Of a stretch of 64,000 nt of DNA, positions 28,912 to 38,509 are shown piece after piece. The notes under the pieces were generated by a model. That model worked only from the letters and a program-made list of their open reading frames with translations, did no database searches and was not told the origin of the DNA. A program made the translations under genes and the position numbers. Each line of letters starts with the position of its first letter. The stretch's first letter is position 1. Source of the DNA: Alphaproteobacteria bacterium (GTDB lineage: Bacteria; Pseudomonadota; Alphaproteobacteria; UBA828); assembly GCA_965214705.1 (NCBI GenBank), contig OZ243972.1, forward strand, positions 1,792,001-1,856,000, written 5' to 3'.

Positions 28912-29789
28912 CCGGCGCGATCGAGTGCCGCTACTACGGTCGGGACTTCACCGCTGACGAGATGGCGCTGCTGCGCGTCCTGATCGCCGCCGATCCGCAG
29001 CCCACCCGAGCTGCCCTGTCCAGAGAGTTCTGCCGGCGTATCGGTTGGCTCAAGCCTGACGGCGGCCTCAAGGACATGATGGCGAAGGTGACCATGCTCG
29101 CCATGCACCGCGACGGCGTCATCGTCCTGCCGCCGCCGAGAGGGCGCCAGGGGCGGCCCAAGCCCATCGTCTTCGGACCGGACACCGAGCCGCCGCTGTT
29201 CCCCGCTCCGACCACCCTCGACCAGGTGCGTCCCCTCGACTTCCGCACCGTCGTGCGCAACACCCGGGAAGGGAAGCTCTGGAACGAGTTCGTCGCCCGC
29301 TACCACTACCTCGGATACAAGACCCTGGTCGGCGCCCAGATGCGCTACGCCGTGCATGACCGCAACGGCTGGCCGCTGGCCATGCTCGGCTTCTCCACCG
29401 CCGCATGGAAGCTCGCCCCGCGCGACCGCTTCATCGGATGGTCGCCCCAAATGCGCGAGAAAAACCTGCCGCTGGTGGTCGACAATCCGCGCTTCCTGAT
29501 CCTGCCGTGGGTCGAGATCCCCAACCTCGGCTCGCACATCCTCGCCATCGTGCGCCGCCGCCTGCCCGGCGACTGGACCGAGCGCTACAACACCACGCCC
29601 GTGCTCATCGAGACCTTCGTCGAGACCCCGCGCTACACCGGCGCCGTCTACAAGGCCTCGGGCTGGACCCACGTTGGAACCACCCAGGGAAGAGGACGCT
29701 ATGACAGGCATACGAAACGGGCCCAGCCCCAAAAGGACATCTGGTTGCGACCCCTCCGCAAGGACTGGAAGCGAACGCTCAATCGTTGA
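28908..29789 (+). CDS. DUF4338 / DruA-like protein
   Basis: ATGA overlap with the transposase stop; YHYLGY, RDRFIGW, NPRFLILPWV..NLGS, ETFVE and YKASGW..VGTTQGRG. Confidence 0.85.
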   Translation: MTGAIECRYYGRDFTADEMALLRVLIAADPQPTRAALSREFCRRIGWLKPDGGLKDMMAKVTMLAMHRDGVIVLPPPRGRQGRPKPIVFGPDTEPPLFPAPTTLDQVRPLDFRTVVRNTREGKLWNEFVARYHYLGYKTLVGAQMRYAVHDRNGWPLAMLGFSTAAWKLAPRDRFIGWSPQMREKNLPLVVDNPRFLILPWVEIPNLGSHILAIVRRRLPGDWTERYNTTPVLIETFVETPRYTGAVYKASGWTHVGTTQGRGRYDRHTKRAQPQKDIWLRPLRKDWKRTLNR

Positions 29790-29826
29790 ATCCACCACTC
29801 TCATCACCGCGTGACCGAACGCTTTC
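29683..29826. repeat. Right 144-bp inverted repeat, includes the last ~35 codons of the DUF4338 gene
   Basis: Reverse complement of 26150-26293. Confidence 0.92.
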
Positions 29827-29829
29827 GCG

Positions 29830-31026
29830 ATGCCGAAACGGAACGCCATCCGGATTTCCAAGCGGTCGGTCGAACGCCTGGCGGTGGAGCGCGGCGACGC
29901 GCTGTTCTGGGACCGCGACCTCACGGGCTTCGGGGTCAGGGTCTATGCGACCGGGCGCAAGGTCTACGTGGCCCAGACGCGCGGGCCGACAGGCCAGTCC
30001 AGGCGGGTGCCCATCGGCGTGCATGGCGAGATCGCGCCGGACGAGGCGCGCGGCAAGGCGGCGGTCGTCATCGACCGCATCGGGCGGGGCGAGGATCCGT
30101 TCCCGCCGGAGCCCGCCCCGCCGCCGACGATGGCCGACCTGGCCGAGCGCTACGTCAAGGGCCACCTCGAAGTGAACTGCCGGCCGAACACGGTGAAGAC
30201 GTGCCGGCGGGTGCTGGATCTCCACATCCTGCCCGCGCTGGGGCATCTGCCGGTGGCGTCTGTCGAGCGCTCGCATGTGTCCGAGCTCCATTTCAGGATG
30301 CGGGACAAGCCCGCCCAGGCGAACCAGGCGGTGGAGGTGCTGTCGAAGATGTTCCGGTTGGCCGAGACCTGGGGCATGACGCCGCCCCGGCGCAGTCCCT
30401 GCCGGCGGGTGCGGGCCTACAAGAGGGTCCGGCGGGAGCGGTTCCTGACGCCGGAGGAGTATCGCCGTCTCGGACGCGTGCTGGACGAGGCGGAGGCGGC
30501 GGGCGGGTTCCTGCCGTCCGGCATCGCCGCGATCCGGCTGCTGCTGCTGACCGGTTGCCGCAAGAACGAGATCGTCACCCTCAGGTGGGACGACATCGAC
30601 CGCACGGCGGGCGAGATCCGGATTCGCGACGCGAAGACCGGCGCGCGGCGCATCCCGCTGACGCGGGCGGTGGAATCCGTGCTGGCCGGCATTCCGCGCA
30701 TCGAAGGCAATCCCTGGGTGATTACGGGGAAGCTGCCGGGCGATCACTTGAAGAACCTCGACCAGGTCTGGCTCAGGCTGCGCCCGCGCGCCGGGCTCGA
30801 CGGCGTGCGCATTCACGACTGCCGACACTCTTACGCGTCCCGCGCGCTGGCGATCGGCGAGGGCCTGCCGATGATCGGCAAGCTGCTCGGTCACCGCAAG
30901 GTGACGACGACGGCGCGCTACGCCCACCTGGTGCGGGACACGGAGAAGGCCTCGGCGCGCAAGGTCGGCCGCAGCATCGGGGCGGACATTCTGGGCGGGG
31001 ACGCGGAGGAAGGCCGCGCGGCCTGA
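29830..31026 (+). CDS. Tyrosine integrase with arm-binding (DUF4102-like) domain, paralogue 1
   Basis: WDRDLTGFGVRV; R-K-H-R-H-Y set GCRKNE, AKTG, HDCRH, LGH, RYAH. Confidence 0.93.
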   Translation: MPKRNAIRISKRSVERLAVERGDALFWDRDLTGFGVRVYATGRKVYVAQTRGPTGQSRRVPIGVHGEIAPDEARGKAAVVIDRIGRGEDPFPPEPAPPPTMADLAERYVKGHLEVNCRPNTVKTCRRVLDLHILPALGHLPVASVERSHVSELHFRMRDKPAQANQAVEVLSKMFRLAETWGMTPPRRSPCRRVRAYKRVRRERFLTPEEYRRLGRVLDEAEAAGGFLPSGIAAIRLLLLTGCRKNEIVTLRWDDIDRTAGEIRIRDAKTGARRIPLTRAVESVLAGIPRIEGNPWVITGKLPGDHLKNLDQVWLRLRPRAGLDGVRIHDCRHSYASRALAIGEGLPMIGKLLGHRKVTTTARYAHLVRDTEKASARKVGRSIGADILGGDAEEGRAA

Positions 31027-32185
31027 CGGGCGGCGCGCGGCGGAATCGGAGGACGGGCATGGCCCGGTTCAGGACGAAGACGATATCGAAACGGACGGTC
31101 GACGCGCTGAAGGTGGACCGGGACACATTCTTCTGGGACAGCGAGCTCGCGGGCTTCGGGGTCCGGGTCCATCCCACGGGGCGGAAAGTCTACGTGGTGC
31201 AGACCCGGGCGGGCGGCGAGGCGGCGAAACGGGTGACGGTCGGCCGGCACGGCGTCATCACCGCCGAGGAGGCCCGGCGGCGCGCGGCGCAGATCATCTC
31301 GCGGATCAAGGCCGGCGAGGACCCGGTGCCGGAGCCGGCGGCGGTCAGGCTGGCCGCCAGCCCGACCGTGGGCGATCTGGCCCGGCGGTATCTCGAGGAG
31401 CACGTCGCGGTGCGCTGCAAGCCGAAGACGGAGGCGACCTATCGGCTGGTGGTCGAGAAGCACATCCTGCCCCGGCTCGGCAAGCTCCCGGCGCTGGCCG
31501 TCGGGCACCGGGAGGTCACGGAGCTGCATCACGCGCTGCGCGCTACGCCGGTGATGGCGAACCACGTCGTCGATCTGCTGTCGCGCATCTACAACCTGGC
31601 GGAGGACCGGGGCGAGATCCCGGAGATGAGCAACCCCTGCCGCCTGGTCGCGAAGAACCGCGAGCGCAGCCGCGAGCGGTTCCTGACCGAGGAGGAGTTC
31701 CGGCGCCTCGGGCGGGTGCTGGACGAGGCGGAGACGAGCAAGGGGGTGTCGGCGCACGCCGTCGCGGCGATCCGGCTGCTGCTGCTGACCGGCTGCCGCA
31801 AGGGCGAAATCCTGAACCTGCGGTGGGACCAGGTTGACCTGGAGGCCGGGGAACTGAACCTGCCCGACACCAAGACGGGGCCGCGCACGATCGTGCTGTC
31901 GCCGGAGGCGGCGTCGGTGCTGCGGCGGATTCCCCGGCTGGCGGACAATCCGCATGTGATCCCGGGGAAGATCAGGGGCAGGCCGATGCGCAACCTGAAC
32001 GACCCCTGGGAGATCGTCTGCGAGCGCGCCGGGCTCAAGGACATGCGGCTTCACGACTGCCGGCACTCTTACGCGTCCAGGGCGCTGGCGCTCGGCGAGA
32101 GCCTGCCGATGATCGGGCGCCTGCTCGGTCACACGCAGGTGGAAACCACGGCGCGGTATGCGCACCTGGCGCAGGATTCGGTGAA

Positions 32186-34281
32186 CCCATCTTTGCCATT
32201 TTGGCGCGCGCCTGCGACCTAAGTAGTTGCGATGATGGGCTGATTTTCTGGCCCATCTGGGATTATGGCACTACGTTTGTGCGCTCATCGCGACACTCCC
32301 GGGAGCACCGCCCGGCGCCTGTGGGGATCCACCGTGAGGCCCGCCGCCTGCGCGATGACGCGCGCCTCGGCGTCGGGTTGAGCATCCTGGCGGATGACGA
32401 TGCGGTTTCCGTCCACCTCCCGGATGGTGGAGGTGAGACGCACCCAGCCCGCGAGCTTGTCGCGGATCGTACTCCAGCGGTCATGCAAGCCGTGCGCCGC
32501 CAGACGGGTTCGCAGCAGATGAACCGCGTGGTAGGCGAGGACGGCGATGAACAGGTGGGCGGCGATGCGCGAGGTCTTGGAGTGCCAGACCGGGCGCAGG
32601 CCGATTTCGGATTTCAGGCTGCGGAAGGTGGCCTCGAGCTCTGTGAGCTTCCAGTAGGTTCGGACCACGGTTTCAAGATCCCACTCGACGTGGCTGGTGC
32701 GCAGCACATAGATGCCCGCTTGGCGGTCGCGCTCGGCATGGAGAGCGTTGCGCCTCCAGCGGACCGCACTGGCCCGCCCCTTCTCTCCGGGCTCGACCTC
32801 GATGTCGTACTGACGGTGGACGCGCCTGTACCTTTCCTTCAGCCGGCCCAGCTTCTCCATCACCTTGGTGAACTGCTTGATGTGGTTCTTCTTCGACAGC
32901 CCGCCATGCAGGGCGCGCAGGGCGTCCTCGAAGTTGTGACGCTGACGGGCGAGCACGGCCTCGTCCTTCTGCTGGCGCTCATGGCTCCAGACGCACAGGT
33001 GCGCTTCGTCGTCCCCTGCCGCGAGACGCCAGGCGCGGGCATCGTGGCCGGCCCGGGTTTCGAAGGCGGCATCGGCTTCGCGCCCGGGCGGCGCCGAGAC
33101 GCCGCGGCGAACGGTGATCCAGTGATAGCCGCCCGCCCGCAGCCAGGCGAGGTTGGCCTCGGTGGAGATGCCGGCGTCCATGATGACCGTGGGCCTGGGG
33201 GCGTTGCTGCCGCGCGCTTGGCATTCCAGCCGCCCGATGGCGTCGGCGAGAGTGGCCGGCTCGGAGATGTTGCCGGGCAGGATCTCGCTGTGCTGCGGAA
33301 AGCCGGCCTGGTTCAGCGACAGGGCCAGGGTCACGATCGGACAATCGTCACGCCTCTGCTTCGAGCGCCCGAAGCGGGCCAGCGCGGAGCTGGGCCGTCC
33401 GGTCATATGGGTGTTGGTCAGGTCGAAGAAGACGATGGTGTCGGGGATGCCGAAGAGATCGCGCTCCCGGGCGCACAGCGCCTCTTCAAGCGCCGCGCGG
33501 TGACGCCACAAGAGGTCGCCGATGCGGTAGAGCTTGCTGAGCGTGAGCGACTTGCCGCTGTCGACATCGAGCAACTCCAGGGTCGCGCTGTTCGCGCTCA
33601 GCCAGCGGAAGGCCTCGCGCTCGCTGGAGGGATGGATCATGCGCGCGACCACCAGTGCCGCCGCGATGCGTGCGTCGCGCTCACTTGCGCCCAGCCTCTC
33701 CAGCGTCTCGATGAAGCGAAGGTCGTCAAGCGCGGCGAGAGCCAGGCGCTCGCAGCCCACCGAGCGGACCTGTTCGTGGGAGAGGCTATCGAGACGGACC
33801 GTGGCCAGGTCGCTCTCGTCCCCGGGCCGCGACGCGCCGAGATCGCGGGCGTGAAGCCGCCGTACGACGTCCTCGGCGACGGGGCGCAAGGCGGCATCCG
33901 GCTCCAGCAGCGGCTCGCTGCCGGCGAGAAGGGTTTCGATCAGAAGCGCCAATTCGCGCCATTGCTCCTCGGGCACACCGAAGTCGGCGCCGAGATTGAG
34001 GAGCGTGACCTGGCGCACCCTTCCGCCGATGCGTTCGCTGCGCACGAGGCGGTAGGTGGCATAGCGCTCGCCACCGTCTCCGCGACCGGTGAGGGTTTTG
34101 CGAATGAACATGGCGGCAGGGTCACGGACAGTTTGCGGACTGTCAAGGAGCGCCGGCCCACAGACCAAAGATTATGGCACTACAATGGACTTCCCAAAAC
34201 ACAATCCAACAAAATCAGTGCCTTAGATCCCAAAGGCTACCCAAAATCAGGCCTTCGGGACCGAAAAGTGGCAAAGATGGG
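32186..34281 (-). mobile_element. IS1634-family insertion sequence (copy 2, divergent from copy 1)
   Basis: TIR CCCATCTTTGCCA / TGGCAAAGATGGG; TGAA duplicated on both sides. Confidence 0.9.
32285..34111 (-). CDS. IS1634-family DDE transposase
   Basis: FFDLTN, FGRSKQRRDD, IMDAG and LEATFRSLKSEIGLRPVWH motifs. Confidence 0.92.
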   Translation of the reverse strand: MFIRKTLTGRGDGGERYATYRLVRSERIGGRVRQVTLLNLGADFGVPEEQWRELALLIETLLAGSEPLLEPDAALRPVAEDVVRRLHARDLGASRPGDESDLATVRLDSLSHEQVRSVGCERLALAALDDLRFIETLERLGASERDARIAAALVVARMIHPSSEREAFRWLSANSATLELLDVDSGKSLTLSKLYRIGDLLWRHRAALEEALCARERDLFGIPDTIVFFDLTNTHMTGRPSSALARFGRSKQRRDDCPIVTLALSLNQAGFPQHSEILPGNISEPATLADAIGRLECQARGSNAPRPTVIMDAGISTEANLAWLRAGGYHWITVRRGVSAPPGREADAAFETRAGHDARAWRLAAGDDEAHLCVWSHERQQKDEAVLARQRHNFEDALRALHGGLSKKNHIKQFTKVMEKLGRLKERYRRVHRQYDIEVEPGEKGRASAVRWRRNALHAERDRQAGIYVLRTSHVEWDLETVVRTYWKLTELEATFRSLKSEIGLRPVWHSKTSRIAAHLFIAVLAYHAVHLLRTRLAAHGLHDRWSTIRDKLAGWVRLTSTIREVDGNRIVIRQDAQPDAEARVIAQAAGLTVDPHRRRAVLPGVSR

Positions 34282-34649
34282 TGAAGGAGTCGGCGGACCG
34301 GGTGGCCGACAGCATTGCCGGCGATCTTCTTGCGGAGTACGCGGGCTCAAGAGGCCGCGGATCCGTTTCCCCGATGACCCCTCGGAGCGGAACCGGATCG
34401 ACATGAAGGCGGCGCATGCGCCGCCGACAGACTTCTCAATGCGACGGACCGACTGGCGGACTCCACAGCCAAAATGATTGTGCTCTCGGCTCAAGCCTAT
34501 GATTTGGACCTTTCAGGATGGCGGATCACGATTGTTACTCTCAACGATTATGTGGTCACGCTCGAATTCTAAGGGACCGCCGCCCTGACGGCCGCTCTCC
34601 GATCCCTCAGGGTCCATCTCGCCGCGCCGAGCAATTAAGGAGCGTTGCA

Positions 34650-35318
34650 ATGGCTGACCTGACGATATTGGACAAAGCATCAGGACATCGCGCGGACTTC
34701 AATGCTCATCACAACGTAGCCCGCAATGTCGCTGTACTGCGCGCAGGTTTGCAATCCCTATATGACGAGGTGAAAGGTCTGGAAAAGCACTTGCCGGAAC
34801 ATGTCCACAGCATCATGAACTTCGACGTAAGCGGCGAATTCGCGTTGATGGCTGCGAAATTCGACTGGTTCAGCATCAGCATGGTGAATCTCATGCAGGG
34901 CGTCAGCTTACTTGACACGCTTTCGCGCCATGCACCGGGAATGGGTTATGAAGAATTTTCTTCGATGGAAGGAAAGATGAGGGTGATCGCCGATGAGGCA
35001 AAGCAATACGTCCCCACTATACCCGAGGCTCATGCGCTGTTGCTGTGGAGGCACAAGGTAGCGGCGCACCGATCAGGCATTTTTCCTCCGCCTCGTAAGC
35101 AGCAGGACGACGAAGCAACACGCCTCATTTCCCTGTTTGGCATTCAGGTGATGATTCAGAACGGGAAATACATCGCCCCGGGAATGAAGCCGGGCGAAAC
35201 AGAACAACTGCCGGAATGGTCTCTGACAGAGATCTGGGAAACCCTAGAAGCCAGTCGGTATGAATGGCTGAACGATGGCAGCTTCTTCGAAGGCATCAGC
35301 GGTGTGAGATTGATCTAG
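34650..35318 (+). CDS. Hypothetical lower-GC protein with a HEPN-like RHKVAAH motif
   Basis: AAGGAG RBS, atypical composition, helical character, Rx5H motif. Confidence 0.6.
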   Translation: MADLTILDKASGHRADFNAHHNVARNVAVLRAGLQSLYDEVKGLEKHLPEHVHSIMNFDVSGEFALMAAKFDWFSISMVNLMQGVSLLDTLSRHAPGMGYEEFSSMEGKMRVIADEAKQYVPTIPEAHALLLWRHKVAAHRSGIFPPPRKQQDDEATRLISLFGIQVMIQNGKYIAPGMKPGETEQLPEWSLTEIWETLEASRYEWLNDGSFFEGISGVRLI

Positions 35319-35399
35319 GATCGGGCCTCCTGTCGCCCCCCTAACGATCGCTCTGCGACCCGTCCGGGTCCATCTCCCCCCGCCGGGCTGGGCTTCGGC

Positions 35400-35735
35400 G
35401 CCGGCGCGATTGCGCAGCCGGTCACCGCCTTCCACCGGGCCTTCGCCGAAGAACATCTCGCGCGCCTGGTTCGGGTGTGGACCGGCCCGCCCGCGGCCTG
35501 CAGCGCCAGCTCCACCTGCATCCCGAAATCGCCGGCGATCAGGTCGCGCTCGTTGAACGTCACCTCCGCGCCGAGCGCGTGGGAGGACTTCTGCGCGATG
35601 TTGCGCGCGAGCGGCAGCAGCGCGTGCTAGTCGGCTGCTGGTGGCGCGCCACCGTGTTCGAGAACTTGGTGTCGGAGCTGCCGCCGACGGCGAAGGGCGG
35701 CACGCGAACAGCGCCTCGATCTCGCGGATGAGTTG
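35400..35735 (-). pseudogene. Degenerate HK97-type phage portal C-terminal fragment
   Basis: Across frameshifts: REIEALF/VPPFAVGG..KFSN/HALLPLARNIAQ..F..DL/PNQAREMFFGEGPVEGGDRL. Confidence 0.6.
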
Positions 35736-35963
35736 AGCGTACGCAGAATATCTGCCGGGGAGTCGAGCGATTTCGCTCGCATTATTTGATGTGTGGGGGC
35801 GGGTGCCCCCGGCGATCTTGCAAGAAGGCCTCCGGGGGGCTTGTCTCGGTGACGTGGCAATCATCCGGGACGCCCTGGGGGCGGTCGGCCGGCAATGGGG
35901 GATCCCGGTGCCGACGCGGATCCCCATGCCGCGGGGCCGGCTTCGCGGGACCCGCCTCCCGCC

Positions 35964-38267
35964 TCACCCGTCATCCGGCCCGAGCATGCGGTATCCGAGG
36001 CCGCGCTCGCTGAGGATGTATCTGGGGTTCCTGGCGTCGTCGCCGAGCTTGGCGCGGAGCTTGCGGATGGCGTTGCGCATGGTCTCCGGGTTGGCGCCGC
36101 CCCGGTCGCCCCACACCCGGCGCCGCAGCGTGTCGTAGGTGGTCGCCCCGCCGGCGTCGAGCGAGAGCGTGTGCAGGATCCTGTACTCGATGGCGGTGAG
36201 CCGCACCGGTTTGCCGGCGACGGTGACGCGTCGCGTCGCGCGGTCGATGGCGAGGTCGCCGAGCACGAAGGGCCCGGGCGCGGCACGGCGGTTGAGCGCG
36301 ACGCCCACCCGGGCCACCAGCTCGGCCGGCGAGAAGGGCTTGACGATGTAGTCGGCCGCACCCGCCTCCAGGGCCCGCGCGATGGTCTCGCCCCTTCCGT
36401 AGGCCGAGACGAAGATCACCGGCAGGTCGGCGAGTGCCGGCAGGGTGCGCATCAGCTCGATGCCGTCGGCGCCGGGCAGCACCAGGTCGAGCACCGCGAG
36501 CGCGGGCCGCCGGGTCTCGACCAGGCGGGCCAGCTCGCCCGACCCGGCGGCGGTGACCGGGTCGTAGCCCGCCGCCGCCAGTGCGTCGCGCATCCCGCGC
36601 AGCGCGTGCGGGTCGTCGTCCACCACCAGGATGGCGGTCCCGCCCGGCCCGTCCGGGGAGACGGACGCGGGGACGGCAGCGGCGGGAGCGTCCTCCACGG
36701 CCGGCAGGGTGAAGGTGATCGTGGTGCCGCGGCCCGGCCCGGCGCTCTCGGCCCGGATGCGCCCGCCATGGGCCTCCACCAGGCCCCGGCAGATGACCAG
36801 CCCGAGACCCGACCCGCCGCCCACGCCCCCGTCCATGTCGGCGTGGCGGCGGAACAGGTGAGGAATCCGCTCCGGCGCAATCCCCTCGCCGTCGTCGGCG
36901 ACCGAGACCGCCACGTGCGCGCCCTCGCGCTCCGCCGCCACCCGGATGGGAGAGGCTTCCGGCGAGTGCCGCGCGGCATTGGTCAGGAGATTGTCCAGCA
37001 CCTGCACGATGCGGCGCGGGTCCGCCATCACCCGGGGCAGGTCCGGCGGAAGGTCGACGACCACGGAATGCTTGCCGCCGGCGCCCGCGAACGCGGTCCG
37101 CGCCCGCTCGACCAGCCCGGCCAGATCCTGCGCCTCCGGATCGACCGGCATCACCCCGGCGCCGATGCGCCCGGCATCCAGCAGGTCGCCGATCAGCCCG
37201 TTCATGCGGTCGGCCTGCGCATCCACGATGCGCAGGAACTGGCGCAACTCCGCACGGTCGGGCTCGCGCGCGCCCTCCAGCGCCGCCGCGGCCGAGCCCT
37301 TGATCGCCGCCAGCGGCGTGCGCAGCTCGTGGCTCACCGTGGAGAGGAAGTCGGCCCGGGACCGCGCCAGCGCCTCGAACGGCTCGAGGTCCTGCAGGAT
37401 CACCACCAGCCGTTCCACCGCGCCGTCCTCGGCACGGATCGGGGTGGCGTCGAGGAGTGTCCGCACGCTGGCCCCGCCGGGCACCGAGAGCTCGACCTCC
37501 TCGGCGCGCACCGTCTCGCCGCGGCCGAGATCGTCGAGCGTGACCGCGCGCCCGTCGCCCCGCCGGCAGGTCATCGCGCCGGCCAGCCGCTCGACCGGGA
37601 GCTCGGGCGAGACCAGCCCCGCCACGATGCGCCTTGCCTCCCGGTTGAGCGAGGCGAGCGCGCCGGTGGCGGCGTCGAGCACCACCACGCCGACCGGGCA
37701 GGTCTCGACCAGCGCCTCGAGGTCGGCGCGGGCGCGCCGCTCCTCGCGATGGGCGCGCGCGTTGGCGACCGCGGCGGCGGCCTGGGCGGAGAGCAGCACC
37801 AGCACCTCCTCGTCCGCCTCGGTGAACCCGCCCTTCTTGGTGCCGAGGAAGAAACTGCCGACATGAGCGCCCCGGTGGCGCATCGGCGTGCCCTGGAACG
37901 CCCCGCAGTCGATCGGGCACGGCGAGGGGATCAGCGCGTTCACGAACTCCGCCAGGTCGGCCAGGCGGATCGGCGCGGCGAGGCCAGCGAGATGGGCAAA
38001 GAGGCCGTGCCCGTCGGGCCAGCCCTCCAGCGCCTGGTGCTCGTCCTCCGTCAGGCCGGAGGTGACGAAGTCGCCGGGGCGCCCCAACTCATCGACGGTG
38101 GCGATGGCGCCGCAGCCCGCGCCGGTGAGCGCGCGGGCGGCGTCGACCACCTCGCGCAGCACCGTGTCGAGATCGAGGCTCGCGCCGATGCGCAGCACCG
38201 CCGCGCTGAGCGCGCTCGGATGTGCGCCGTCATCCCCTTCCCGTGCCGTTTCGTCGCGTTCGGTCAA
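35964..38267 (-). CDS. Cytoplasmic hybrid protein GAF-PAS-HisKA-HATPase-REC-winged HTH
   Basis: SHELRTPL, NLLTNA, DDGEGI, GSGLGL, LVVDDD, LDLVLP, YIVKPF, and an OmpR-type tail LTAIEY..LRAKLGDDARNPRYI..RGLGY. Confidence 0.92.
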   Translation of the reverse strand: MTERDETAREGDDGAHPSALSAAVLRIGASLDLDTVLREVVDAARALTGAGCGAIATVDELGRPGDFVTSGLTEDEHQALEGWPDGHGLFAHLAGLAAPIRLADLAEFVNALIPSPCPIDCGAFQGTPMRHRGAHVGSFFLGTKKGGFTEADEEVLVLLSAQAAAAVANARAHREERRARADLEALVETCPVGVVVLDAATGALASLNREARRIVAGLVSPELPVERLAGAMTCRRGDGRAVTLDDLGRGETVRAEEVELSVPGGASVRTLLDATPIRAEDGAVERLVVILQDLEPFEALARSRADFLSTVSHELRTPLAAIKGSAAAALEGAREPDRAELRQFLRIVDAQADRMNGLIGDLLDAGRIGAGVMPVDPEAQDLAGLVERARTAFAGAGGKHSVVVDLPPDLPRVMADPRRIVQVLDNLLTNAARHSPEASPIRVAAEREGAHVAVSVADDGEGIAPERIPHLFRRHADMDGGVGGGSGLGLVICRGLVEAHGGRIRAESAGPGRGTTITFTLPAVEDAPAAAVPASVSPDGPGGTAILVVDDDPHALRGMRDALAAAGYDPVTAAGSGELARLVETRRPALAVLDLVLPGADGIELMRTLPALADLPVIFVSAYGRGETIARALEAGAADYIVKPFSPAELVARVGVALNRRAAPGPFVLGDLAIDRATRRVTVAGKPVRLTAIEYRILHTLSLDAGGATTYDTLRRRVWGDRGGANPETMRNAIRKLRAKLGDDARNPRYILSERGLGYRMLGPDDG

Positions 38268-38509
38268 GGCTTCGTCCTCCCCGGCAACGGCCGCACCCCT
38301 TGCCGATGCGGGCCATAAGTCACTGTCAGGAGACTTTAGAGGACGTTTTGACGATATACAAGAGACTATGTTGTTCGTTTATCTGCTTCAAGATCTCCTT
38401 GACTTGCCGATTACATCACGTCTTCCGCGATAGTCTTGTTATGGATTACAATATGCATACGATATGCGGCTCAGGTTGCGAGAGAACGGCTTCATCGGGG
38501 GGTTGGGTC

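Larger units (their letters stand above)
26150..29826 (+). mobile_element. IS66-related element carrying a DUF4338 gene, 144-bp TIRs, 6-bp TSD
   Basis: TSD GCGATG at 26144-26149 and 29827-29832; ends GAAAGCGTTCGGTC / GACCGAACGCTTTC. Confidence 0.88.
31059..34406 (+). pseudogene. Tyrosine integrase paralogue 2, interrupted near its C-terminus by IS1634
   Basis: ..TARYAHLAQDSV resumes after 34281 as KESADRVADSIAGDLL, stop at 34406. All catalytic residues precede the insertion. Confidence 0.88.

Noticed and set aside
26010-29789. 1259-aa ORF
   Set aside because: Off-frame shadow of the IS66 transposase; only 28908-29789 (DUF4338) looks like real protein.
28908-29789. Complete Druantia defence system
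   Set aside because: Only a DruA-like gene is present, with no DruE helicase or other dru genes, and it lies inside an IS.
29811-32222. 803-aa integrase
   Set aside because: The N-terminal half is an alternative frame of integrase 1; the real start is 31059 with a GGAGG RBS.
12636-34281. Composite transposon bounded by the two IS1634 copies
   Set aside because: The copies are divergent with different TIRs, and copy 2 has its own TSD, so they are independent insertions.
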